DNA of 64,000 nucleotides from NCBI GenBank assembly GCA_036172245.1, contig JAYWIR010000031.1:2046001-2110000 (forward strand). Direction: 5' to 3'. Positions 11,201 through 23,200 of this stretch are shown piece after piece. A program made the translations under genes and the position numbers. Each line of letters begins with the position of its first letter. The first letter of the stretch is position 1. Source of the stretch: Raillietiella orientalis. Its lineage: Eukaryota. The notes under the pieces are model-generated. The model did not search any database, was not told the origin of the DNA, and saw only the letters and a list, made by a program, of their open reading frames with translations.

Positions 11201-14200
11201 GGCCTTGAAAGCCTTGCTGGAATCTCAGTAATGCAACGTAAGCTGTTTTTATAGTTATGAATTATTTAATGCTGTGTATTTCAAAAATGATTCTTCAGCC
11301 CAATCTGTGGTATTCCCTTGGGAAGGCGAAATTCAATTGATGCAGGTTCGGGTCGACATTAATCCAGTTACTGGTGGACAAGACACACAAGGTACATGAC
11401 CATTGCCCTGGTTACAACAATAAGACAGTTTTATTATCATAGTGTTCATGATGCAAATACATCTCTATAGGAGATGTATTTGTCTTCAATGTTGATCAGA
11501 ATGTTTGAAATTCCTGTTAAAAAAGATGCTTTTTGAGTATTTTGATGTAGTATGTTTGATGATATTGGATAGGTTTTATTATTTCATTGTGGATTGCCAT
11601 GTGACGTTCATACAGGGCTCATTTTGTATATTCCCGTTTATTCATTTTTTTTTGCATGTTTTATTGCAGCTGTTAGTGTTTCTGTAAACATGCTAAACAT
11701 ACCTTAACTAATTGAGAATTGAGTTTGGTTTTCTTCTCATTTTGGGGATTTGGGAAGCGCATTTTAGATTAGCATTTGTTAGTATGTTAGCTTAATTAGC
11801 ATTAAAGAGAAAATAGGGATTTGAATTTGGAAATAGTTTAACAGACTGATACTAGAGTAAAATAGCATAGTGTACTTTGGCGAATTTTGTTTTTTGCTCT
11901 CCTGGCTTTTTTGGATAGTACTAATATTTTATTTATTGTTGATATAAATTTGTCCCTTAGAACAATTTTTTTAAGAAATTGATCTCTGCATAGTGCACAA
12001 GTTATAATTGTGTTTTGTGTGTGTTTTTTGTTTTATTTATGAACACTATTTGTTTGATAGCTACCTAATTGTTTGTTAGAAGCGGTATCAAGAGAAGTTA
12101 GTTCATCAGCAGATAATTCCAATCAGAATGCAACTGTCAACACATCGCAGACTTCAACAAATTCAGCAAATGAAGTGCATCCAGAAACTTCTGGAAATCA
12201 TGAACCGAGTTCTGCTCGTCAGCAGCAGTTGCCTAGAGTTCCAGAGTATATAAATGACTAACATAATAATATTTTTATGATGTACATGCAGACATCCACC
12301 GACAACAGATCTTATGCAGGTCCTAGATCAGATGAGCAGTATACATCAGCGTCTGCAGCCATTTCTTAATCAGTACTATCAGTTGATAAAAAATGATCCT
12401 GTATTTAGCACAGAGGTGATAGTGTTCTTTTCATCTCCTTATACTTTCCTAAAGTCTCAGGAAGTTGATACATCACAGAAAATCTTCAACAAAGTTTCTG
12501 AAGTATTTCACTTTTTGTCACATGGTTATCATGCTCTTAGTGATATCATGTGTGATTTTAGCCAAGCTCCGCCACGAGAATTACGAGCACGACCTTTTGT
12601 ATTGCAACAACCGGCAATGCTGCAAGTAAAGCACACTAGGCTGTTTGTGGTTCTGATTTTTTTGCCATTTGTTTTTCAGGCACATATCAATCTTTCAGAT
12701 AATCAGAACAATCAGAGTGTGGTTTCTGGTGGGCAGACATCTTCAAATGCAGCTTCAGCTTCGGTGGAAGTACCCAGTGTGTCTTCAAATTCATCAGTTC
12801 CACCAGTGACACCTGTAACATCCATGAATTCAACTGCAGAAGAAACTCCAGTTGCAGAGCAGAATAGAGAATCAGAATTGAACACAAGACCTAACCTAAA
12901 TGTAAACAGTGATCATCCTCCTTCTCTTGTGCCTATAGCTCAGCTACAGGCAAACAGAGATGGTCCTCCCACAACAGAGAGTAGATCTGGTCAGCCAATA
13001 ATGGTAGCAGGGTTTAATGTCACAGATGCTCCAAGCAACTCTTATCGATTGTCAGATCATTTGGATGATCCTATTTTGCGCAGTAAGAAAGCAATTGTTG
13101 AGAGTGACATAAACATATCTTAGGAATGCTTGATGATCTTTTGGAAGTTGGATTACCTCAAATGCAAGTTATGCAGCAGGGGGATAGCAGTAGGCAACCA
13201 GAGCAGATGCCAACCAGCTCTGTTCTTCCTTGTATGTCACAGTTTTGTTTTTCTTTTCTTTTTTGTTGTTCTCTCTTTAGGGAGGGAGTCTTTATACTGT
13301 TATTTTTTTCAGTAACAGGCTCCATCCATGATCCTTTCCTGCAGTGTTCGTCACATCATTGGTATCGAAGCCGAAGACAACAAGGCAATATTATTAGAAG
13401 AGAGCCTAGAATTGTAAGTAGGAGAACAAGATAAGAAATTTCCTCAGCACATCATTTGTCAGACACCTTCAGCTGCTCCCCTGAATTCATTTGTTTCTCC
13501 TATTATCAATGCATCAATTGTTAGTGTTCCTAGTGCTAGTACAAGACAGGTTGGCAGCAAGTATAATACATTGTAAGAGACTTGTATTTCTTTTTCAGGA
13601 AACCAACAATGAATCTCTCTGGAGAGAACTGGATACTCTTGTAAACAACTTAGATAGTTTGACCACCCATGGGGAAGATTTTCTTTCTAGGTTGCTCATA
13701 GAAGCTGTCAGTACTAATGGGAAATGAGATAAGAGTTTGATGATTGATGTTTTTTTATTGCAGATCCGCTATGTACGTCTCCATGCAGTATTGGAGGATC
13801 AGAAGATTGAAGACAGACTTCTGACAGATTTAATTTTACTAAACAAACTAAAGGAACCACTTGTAAACTGTATTAAAAGCTATGTGGGGCATATTGATGG
13901 AGATACTTTAGAGGGTGCCAAACATTTCTTCTTGGAGTGCTGTAGATCAAACGTGGAAATTATTGCGGTTTGTAATGGTTGGCTGTAAGCTGGTTTTATT
14001 TGAATAGCAGGAATGTGCAAAGAAAGTGGCTGGAAATTCAACCACAGACATTGATGTACGGCAAACCTTCTTTAATTTTATTAGCTCCCATCTATCGAGT
14101 TTCTTCTTGCTGTTGATACATGAAACGGATAACGCAGTTTTTGGCAGGACACTACTGACACAATTTAGAAATGTAGTTGATCAATTTCTGCATCTTTGCT

Positions 14201-14945
14201 TACATTATTTCCAAAATCAGCACAGTCTTCTACAGTGTTTTTGGAAAGATGTGCAAGTAAGAAAGGCATTGGATATTTGAACATAGTTTTGAAATTTTAC
14301 TTATCAGGAAGCTTTAAAGAAAAAAGTGTATCCTGCTATGCTACCCTTGTATGATGATATCCTGTTTCGGGGTATGTGTGCACTAATGACATCTGATCAA
14401 AGAATGGAAGAGATATCAACATATGTTGCTCACACTGTGTGTTCATCTACAGAGAATGAAGCAGCTACTACTGTGCCAGAAGTAAGGCATATTCAAACAA
14501 AATAGTGTCCCCTATATTGTTTTAGGCTATGGATGTAAGTGAGGTAACTCCAAGATTGATTTCATCAGAACGATGGGAGGATATTGTACCACTTGAATGG
14601 ATCCCTATTATTCGCGCTGATATAGAACGACAAAGGAGAGCTCCTGCAACAACACCATTTAGTGATGCATATTTAAGTGTGCTTCCCAGCAAGCGACGCC
14701 GTTTGCTACAAGAATGCAAATTGAGTACTGATATGACACAGTGCTTTAGTCAACTGTTAACCCGTGCTGTTGAGAAAGTTTCAGCTCCTGTTAATGTTCT
14801 TTCTGTAAGCAATGCAATCAATAACATGGAGCTCCAGTATAGTTATCGCTGTTTGCTTCGTGATATGGTTAAAGAACGTGTGTGTGCTGATCCCAATTAT
14901 GATCCAATTCGATTCCCGAATATTTGTCATTTTTTGAATACCTGA
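8266..14945 (+). CDS. BAG6: BAG6 / large proline-rich protein (Scythe/BAT3), multi-exon
   Basis: N-terminal ubiquitin-like domain [28 protein letters not shown]...[39 protein letters not shown]. The central region has [34 protein letters not shown] and [10 protein letters not shown]. The C-terminal BAG-similar region reads [20 protein letters not shown]...[15 protein letters not shown]...[11 protein letters not shown]. Confidence 0.92.
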
Positions 14946-15018
14946 ATTTCCAAATGTTAGATTATTTGTATTTCTATTAACAACAAATCATAATAAAGTA
15001 GTGACTAGATGTGGTGTG

Positions 15019-18000
15019 TCATTTGGAACGGCTTCCTCTGGGCTTGATTGCTTCCGATATTTGCCACAATTCTTCTTCATTGAGATGGGCATCAAAACCA
15101 CCAAACATGGCCAGAATCTTCTCGTTTTTTTTAAACCCATACTGACTGATGGAAAGAATATGCGTCATATTAGCAATAAGAACAAAATCCAACATATACA
15201 GCTTATGGCTCTTGATATTTCAAGAGGTATGTGGTAATCATGCAGCAAATTTACAAGGGAATATTTGCAAAATTTATAATCAGACAATAGTTAGCCAAGT
15301 GCATGCATGTAAAATGCTGCATGTTCAGTCCTTTGCACAACAAGATTGCAAGAACGAACCTGATTTTTAATTGTTAAATTAATTTCATTACATGCCTTGT
15401 GCTACAAATTTGGTTTCCATTCCCTAAGAGCATCTTCTATTCAGCCTGAGGTCTTAAAAAAAATTAAAACAGAAATGAATGTAGAAAATGAGATTGCAAA
15501 CATCCTAACCTGATCTTATGGATACATCTGTTTGAATGGATCAAAATACGCTTTCAAATTTGTTCATGTCTAATTACATTACGAATTCCTCTCATTCCGT
15601 GTATTCCCTATATAACCTGTTAATTTTTTTTGGCAATTAGAATCAAGAGCTTTTGATTATTTTAGTTCCTAATGAAATACTGCATGAGCATCTTAAGATG
15701 ACACTAAAGCTTCGTGAGATAACTTGAGTAACACGTATGGAAGGCAAAAATACTAGCTCTGTCTAACTGATGGTAATTAATTTCACCAACACAAGTGTCC
15801 TGCATACTGCACACTTTGATCCATCCTAAAGTGGTCTTCCTCAGACTTGTTTAGAGTTAGTTTAAAAAATTAAAATCGAATTCGTTTCCATTTGAATTTT
15901 GAAATAAGAATGAACCATTTCTGCAATGCTATCCATAATTTCATAATTCATCCCAGACCACCCAAGACAACCAACTGACCCAATAAAGAGAATGTTAAAG
16001 CATCTACTCAAAGTTGCCATTTAACACACTAGAACATCTACACATCTCCAAATGTAATTATGGTACACATCCTTTCGAGATCTATTTTAAAAATGTTATA
16101 TAATTGTTCTCTTAAACCCAGAAAAAGTTATTAGCATCATTGGTTGATAACTATAATTCTCCTATAAACTACATTTTATGATTTAACGTAAAACAGTTTG
16201 CACAAAAAATACTGAATACTGCACCAATCAGTAATTGCAAGCAAGAGATTCAGTTTAAAAAAGAGCTATGAAGAATACTTGAAAAGCCTTCATTTTTATA
16301 CAATACACTGAAATGGTCTCCTTGAATAAATTGTACATCTTCTAACAGAGAAACAAAAAAGAGGGAAATACGATAGCAATCTCTCCTCAAAGAGTGCAAC
16401 TTGTGCAATTCTGCATTTAAATGCATTGGTACAAAGAACAGTTTTCCAAATTACAAAAATGGTTACATAAACAAAAATCTAAAATTCATTGAAGCATAAC
16501 ACACACAATCATCTGATGTGAAAAAAACTCCAAAACAATTACTTTGAAATATAAAGTCATAATAATCTCACCAAGATTTGAATCGTTTAATGTTCTGCAG
16601 TATATGATGCTGCTGCCAATGTTTGGAAAAATTGATTTTTCCATCAGGAAGAAAATCTGCATTACCTATGTGCACAAAAGTTAAATCCTGAAGAACAAGA
16701 CCTCTATTCATAAAAGAATAAATCAATTAAATACTTGTTTCCTGAAACTCACATGTAAGGAATGCAAGGAGGGTGGATTTCTGATAGCACTTGTCGGTAT
16801 GCTCGAAAACTTGATGAACTGTCGATTAACTGGCAAAATTCAGCAAGACTATCAGTTATATGGCGTTGCCATTCTAAACGTCTGATGGGTGCAGAGTCTA
16901 AGGCTGACAGGATGGCAAGATAAGAATTAAAATTACTGAGCCGACGTAAATTTTTCATAATTTTAATGAATTTTGCCAGGTAATGTTCCCGCTCTTTGGC
17001 TTCAGGCTGTTCCAAAATACGAGACCGAACCCTTTGAAAAGTTGATGGATTGTGTTGAGACATAACTGAAACTGACCAATATGACATCTTGTTGAAATGT
17101 TCTGTGAACCGGGTAAGATTAGGACTCTTTTCTTCATTCTGATCACATGCCCACAACAAAACTTCAGAAATCTCTATGCGTTGAAACAAAGCTGCATCCA
17201 ACAAAGTCATTTGTTCAGCCAATAATTCAGATTTGAAATCCACTATAGTGTGCTGCTTACATCCAAGTAGAGGTCTGCAATCATCAACCAATAAAATTTT
17301 AAAAACTACATTTCTTAACCTCAGGCATAACCATGTAATGGCAGGGCACACCAACTGGTGCTGTCGCATTTCTATTTTATCCAACAACACACGACGCAAA
17401 GCTTGTGCGAAACTAAGATGTCCTTGACAAACTAATTCGAGAATAAAATTGCTAACTGTTTTTAATAAAGAGAGCTCCAAATCTGGTAGCCTGAAAAAGT
17501 ATAATGAGCCACTTTTAGAAAGACTTGCATGCTCTCACGCCAATTCTCCTACAATCCTCATCAACAAAGAAAAAGTATGCCGAGCAGCTCTTTGGGAAGG
17601 TTTATCATACTTGAAGACTAATGATTGGTACCGGGAAAGCAGCTTAAGAATTAATAGCTCTGGAGCTATGAAGGTGCGATAGGTAGTCAGAAAAGCTTCT
17701 TGGAATTCATCTATTCAGGTTAGCATAGTTGTGAAGCTTGTCCTACCATTGTTTCTGTCTTGAAAAGTAGCATGCACCACAAGGACATCTATATCTCCTC
17801 CTCGGATCTCCAGGTTTGATGATTCCATTTTAACATGTAGGAGATGATGCACATCTAAGCTCTCCAATACTGTACTAATCGACACAACAAAATCCTCCAA
17901 GATTTATCTTTATATCACCTGTTTCCATGACTGAAAAATGAATTATCTTCATGGACTGGATGTAAAACCAGTTTGTTAGATGTTTTTTCGGTTAAATTAC

Positions 18001-19532
18001 GTGCATTATCTTGCATAGTGTTGTCTTCAAGTTTAGACATGCATGCATCAGGATGATAACTGCCTAGCATTTGCACATATGTCATGACTGAAAGCAAAAG
18101 TATAGATTATAATCTGAACTGTCACTTGTTCTTACTGTGCTTCTTTTTGGGAGGTATAGGTGGCTTTCCATCCACACAAGGTTTCAACAAAGAAGTTTCA
18201 ACAGGTACAGATGAACTGCCAAATTTTGAATTATAGGAGTTAGGCACATTGTCATATTGAGAGTTTGATCTCTCTCTCCTATAAGGTATCACAGGTGAAG
18301 GTGATTCTCTTTCAGCACTGTGCAACATCAAAGAAGAGTAAGAATGATCATGACTGCAATTCAATGAATGAAATCCTGAATCCTCCTCTACAGTCATGTC
18401 TGCAACTCTCCAATAGAGATCCATGTGACTGGTAACTTCCACAGACACATTTAAATTACTGTCATACCAAACACTATCTATAAGAGAAGGAGCAACTTTC
18501 CACTCATGGGAAGCTACTTCTGCACAGCAACAGCAAGTTTCTACCACTGAAAGTCTTGAGAGAGGATGCCAGAATTTTATTGCTGTAGGGGAGGCATCCC
18601 TAGAATGCATGTGGTGCTGTTTAGGTGGCACTGGTGGAGCCACATCAGTGTCAGTTCTACAAATAGGAGAGTCTGGACAATTTTGTCAAACACTTACGAT
18701 GCTGACTGAGACACATGATTTGAGGTCCACTGATCCATTTTCATTCTCTGTTGCGACTCGAGATTCAGGGTGTCTTCTAAGATGCTATGAAGCATCATCT
18801 CTGAATTCTGCCAGCAATCATGATCACTATGGTGAGAAGGCTCACTTAATTCAGACAAAGAATTTCTTGGGCAATGACTAGCAGATGGAATCAATGAAAA
18901 TCGTAATTTTTGTTCTGTATTATCTCTCAAGAGCTCGACACCTTCTTGTGGAGAAATATGCATTTTAACCAGGTGTACTATACCCTTTAAAAGCATTAAC
19001 CAGACTTCACCTAACAAGTGAAAAACTTACAGCCAATGCTTGATACAGATTAGTGATGATTCCACTTGCTTCTTCAAACAATGCACCATCTTTGCCAAAC
19101 AGTAAAATGCCATCACAACATTGCAACAGTGCTGCAGTGCAGCTGTTGAGATTATCACACCAATTTCTAAGAAATGACTCAACAACTATAAATTTCTTAA
19201 AAACTCATACTTTGGTAAGTTAGTACATGGCTCCAAGAGCTGCTGAATACGTAGAAGAATATCTAAAATAATTGACACACTCCCAGCTAATTGTTCAATT
19301 GTCTCCTTATTGATTACATCACTCAGATATTTCAATGCAACCTGAAACTTTATTTGCAAACTTTAAGCAATACTAATTAACAATCAGCAAACTTTTTTTT
19401 GAAGCTCAAGTAATTTCTCCCATAAATTTCCGAATAAATGGTGGCGTTCTTCAAAATCTACAATATTGTCATCATCATAAGATTTATAAACGTGATGCAA
19501 ATTCCTCTTACTCACAGCATTTTTTGAATATG
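15019..19532 (-). CDS. RAPGEF1: Rap guanine nucleotide exchange factor 1 (C3G), multi-exon; 5' end not resolved
   Basis: Crk-SH3-binding motifs PPVPPK and PPIPPKKK. REM domain EIRGGDIDVLVVHAT...FQEAFLTTYRTFI. CDC25 domain LAEQMTLLDAALF...EEKSPNLTRFTEHFNKMSYW...NFNSYLAILSALDSAPIRRLEW...PPCIPYIGLVLQDLTFVHIGN. The last exon QYGFKKNEKILAMFGGFDAHLNEEELWQISEAIKPRGSRSK* ends at 15019. N-terminal ALKYLSDVINKETIEQLAGSVSIILD lies at ~19.3 kb. Confidence 0.92.
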
Positions 19533-22500
19533 CTAAAAAATAATTATACATTTGACATTAAGATGTTTTAAGATTTTACATTGTGCTGACAGTGATCTTG
19601 AATGATCAGAGGATTTCACCTGCATTTGAAATGCACTTGTTATTCAGATTTATGGGATGGTTTCATGGTCAATTCCTTGTAATTTTTACACCGAAATGAA
19701 CTCAGAAACTATTTTAAAGTTTCATGCTGCACTAAAACTACACTCAAGTCAACTTAAAGAGCATTTCCAATTCCTGAATATTTGGCAATTTTTTTGCTTC
19801 AGTCTGCTCTGTACAACATTTAATGTTCTCCAATTCATAAACGAGTCGGCATTACAAAATGCTTCCATGAAACGTGATACGTGAATTATTTGCAAAATAT
19901 TGGAAGATCTCCAGCATCTTCCTCGATCTATTTTAAGCAAAACACTGATTACTTTTAGAATATTTGTGAAATTAAACAACAATGTTCTGAAAAAAAAATG
20001 AATAATAAACATATGGTAGCAGATTCTGCGAAAAATTGGGAAATTTCCTACGTAAAGTATTCCAGGAAAGTTACGCTATCCTGATTTGCATCGTCCCACT
20101 CCAAATTCGAAATAAAGGTTCATTCATTCGAAAACCGAGCAGTATGAACTCCGAAATAAATTGACATGCCAACTTTCCATCAAAGCATGCACTTAAATGG
20201 ATACATTCATTAACATACTCCCATGACTGTACAAGCATGTGGCATAATGTGATTTATGAATCGGGTTTGTTACATAGGTCTACATAAACTTGCGAAATAG
20301 GCTCTTTGAATTTTCAATGTAATGTGTCGTCTACAGGAGGCCAAGAGTGCTATAAAAGATTTTCTAAACCCACATAAAAGAACAGGATACATGAGCAGCC
20401 ATACAAAAACATTGGTCAGCGCATGCATTAAGGAGAGGACAGCACAAATCTGCTCCAAAATTTTCGCACTGCTTCAAATGCCTACAGTCCCATAAAGTAT
20501 CAGGTATTTTGAATCTCTCATGTTTGCAAAAATACAAGTAAATGTTAACCATTTATCTGAGGACAGACTTACTATTCACTCCAAGTATTATAAATATTGC
20601 ATTCACGCAGGTTCCAAGAATCTGTAACAAGTAGTGAGAAAAAAGTGCAAATATAATAAGCAAGCAATGAATACCTATTAAACATCGGGTGAGCAGTATT
20701 AAAATACTAGCCCACCAAAATTTCCCTGGATAAGTTTGTCAGATAAATGAGGACAAAAATGGTTTTTTAGAACTTTGCACACAAAGGATTGTTTTTACCC
20801 AGCATACCATGGAATGAATGAGTTTTTGAATCAGGTTATAAGTATTATACAATACAGTACGATAAGTAAAGACAAACCACAGACTAAATGGAAAATACCA
20901 AACTCGTGCATGATAAACAAGTATTTAATGCAATAGCATGGATTCCCTAATCATTTTAAAGCATACGGATGTTTAGAAAACACTGCAGGCTTTTCTGAAA
21001 TAGTATTTCAAAAATTGAACGGAATAAAACGCTTAACAGCAATTTCAAATTCAATTTTTCATCTCAGTGTTATAGTTTTTCAAGCACTGTTTAACTGCTT
21101 CATACATTGCAAACCTATAGTGCATGACGGATTCCAATTTGATCACCATTACATTTTTTTAAAAAGAAGAAAATTTCTTTTGACTTTTGAATCAGCGTTC
21201 GAACGATCATAGGACAATGTGCAATTAGAACATCAACGTGAGGACATCTCTATTAGGGAACAGTGTGCGCAGAAATGATTTAAGGGATACTTGCTAAATG
21301 TAGATAGCTATCAAATAAACATATGGATATTTATTTTAGTACACTACAATTATAATAATGTGAATGAGCTTTTTGATTAAGAGATTCTTATACGTCTTAC
21401 CACCGATTATTAATTTTTATTCCTTTCTATCTTCCTATGATCGCAGAATCGATGCTTCTCTGATGCCAAGAATCTGGAATATTAGAAAATAGACTTTGTA
21501 ATATTAGTTCTTTAAGTGGAATTCAAATACTAGTTTGCATGAATTATGACAATTTCATGTAAGCATATAAACTTCAGAGACCTTGTCTCACTATGTTTAC
21601 TATTAACAGGAAGTAAAGTGAGATTTATGCTTGAAATTCGTGGACCTATTCTACTGAGATTTTTCACAGAAGTGACAATGAGGATTTCATTCACAGCATA
21701 TCATATATCGCCATTTGTATTCTAGTGCAAATGGAATCATAGATTAGAAAAGTGGGCTTTATGATTGGTCACAAATGCTTTCTACTTTGCTTATTTGATG
21801 TATTTATTTGTTCTTCTTGGTGATGGAACTGAATTGATGGATCTTGCTACCGGTAGCGTAAAGAACTGATTCGTCTAGAAAGAAAGAAAAATCGGCTATA
21901 CCATTTACCTGCAAAAATTTCAAGTGAAAATATTACTTTTGAACTGAAAATATTACTTTTAAAATCTTTGGCGACGACACCTGGCAACATTACCTCACTT
22001 TTTTGAAATGCATCTTTGCGTAGCACTTGACGCGTATCGGAGTATCCTCGTTAGTGTAGTGCAATACTTTGCGTGTCTCTGGTAATGTAATTCGTACACA
22101 TGAATTTGACTGTGGACGTGTTCAGCTGTTATCGAATTCCTCCTTAGAAGCGTTATCCTCAGTGTTCTTAAGAGATAGGTCATAATATGTACAGATTAAA
22201 GTGGAATTCGTAATGTAAAAGCTGTTCAAATTACCAGTGACTTCATCGAAAGACCTACTGTTTTTAGGAATAGGAATGGAAAAAGAAATCTGAATATCCA
22301 CGCATTGTAGTTTGCATAATTCGAAACAGAGAAGAAAAATTAATTCAATTTGCATAAAGACTTTTTTTCAATTGTGGATATGTACTGCATTCACTTATTG
22401 TGGATATTTTTTACGTTCAACACAAGCATTGAGAGCAATAATGGGATTGTATTGCCATGCGATTACACAGAGAATTCTTCAGTTTTCAGATAACTTGCGT

Positions 22501-23200
22501 ACATATCAAACTGCAGTAGTGCATAATGCAGTTTTCGTTTTCCAGAATCGGTGAACTAATGGGACATATATGAAAATCCAAAGACTTGAGTGTGATCAAT
22601 ATTATGCTGATAATCAGTCATGTACATGCTCTCAGTATTACAGGCTATCCTGTGGGATTAAAGAACCCAATTTAATGCTTCTGAAAATTTTTCAAAATTT
22701 GCAGTAATTATGGAGCTTATTGGGGCAAAAGTTACTTTGGCAATTGCTCGAACATTTATGCAATTCGTTCCTCAAATTGTGCGCTCTGTTACACTTGATG
22801 TCATAAGCAGTACCTTGGAATAAGATTTCCTAGTTTGCTAGTTAAACTTATGTAGACAACACTGGTTAAAAAATCAGGCTAGTTCATTTAAAATTTGATT
22901 ACATCACATGTTTGCTTCATTCTATCATTTCATCATGTACAAAATTTCAAAAAAGTTTTGAAATTACGTATTCTACAAAGAAAAGCCGGAACATTCCTTT
23001 TGAATGTTCAGTTTCGCCTATATTTAGAATGAAAGAAACATTAAAGGCCATATAGATCAAAAGTGCACTTCACTTAAGCTTCTAAGCAAAGCATTCATTT
23101 TTCTTACTAAATAATAAACCTATTTATTATTAACAAATGTGTTACGTGGCACCAAAAAAAATTTACATTTTTAATTTAATTCATTTCATACAATTTGCAT

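Noticed and set aside
10794..17320. Stop-free introns of 3n length (10794-10874, 12416-12460, 12626-12679, 13232-13312, 17032-17076) read through in the ORF track
   Set aside because: About a third of introns are 3n and short ones often lack stops. The number seen is not obviously above chance, and the hydrophobic 'insertions' in the ORF translations are simply intron sequence.
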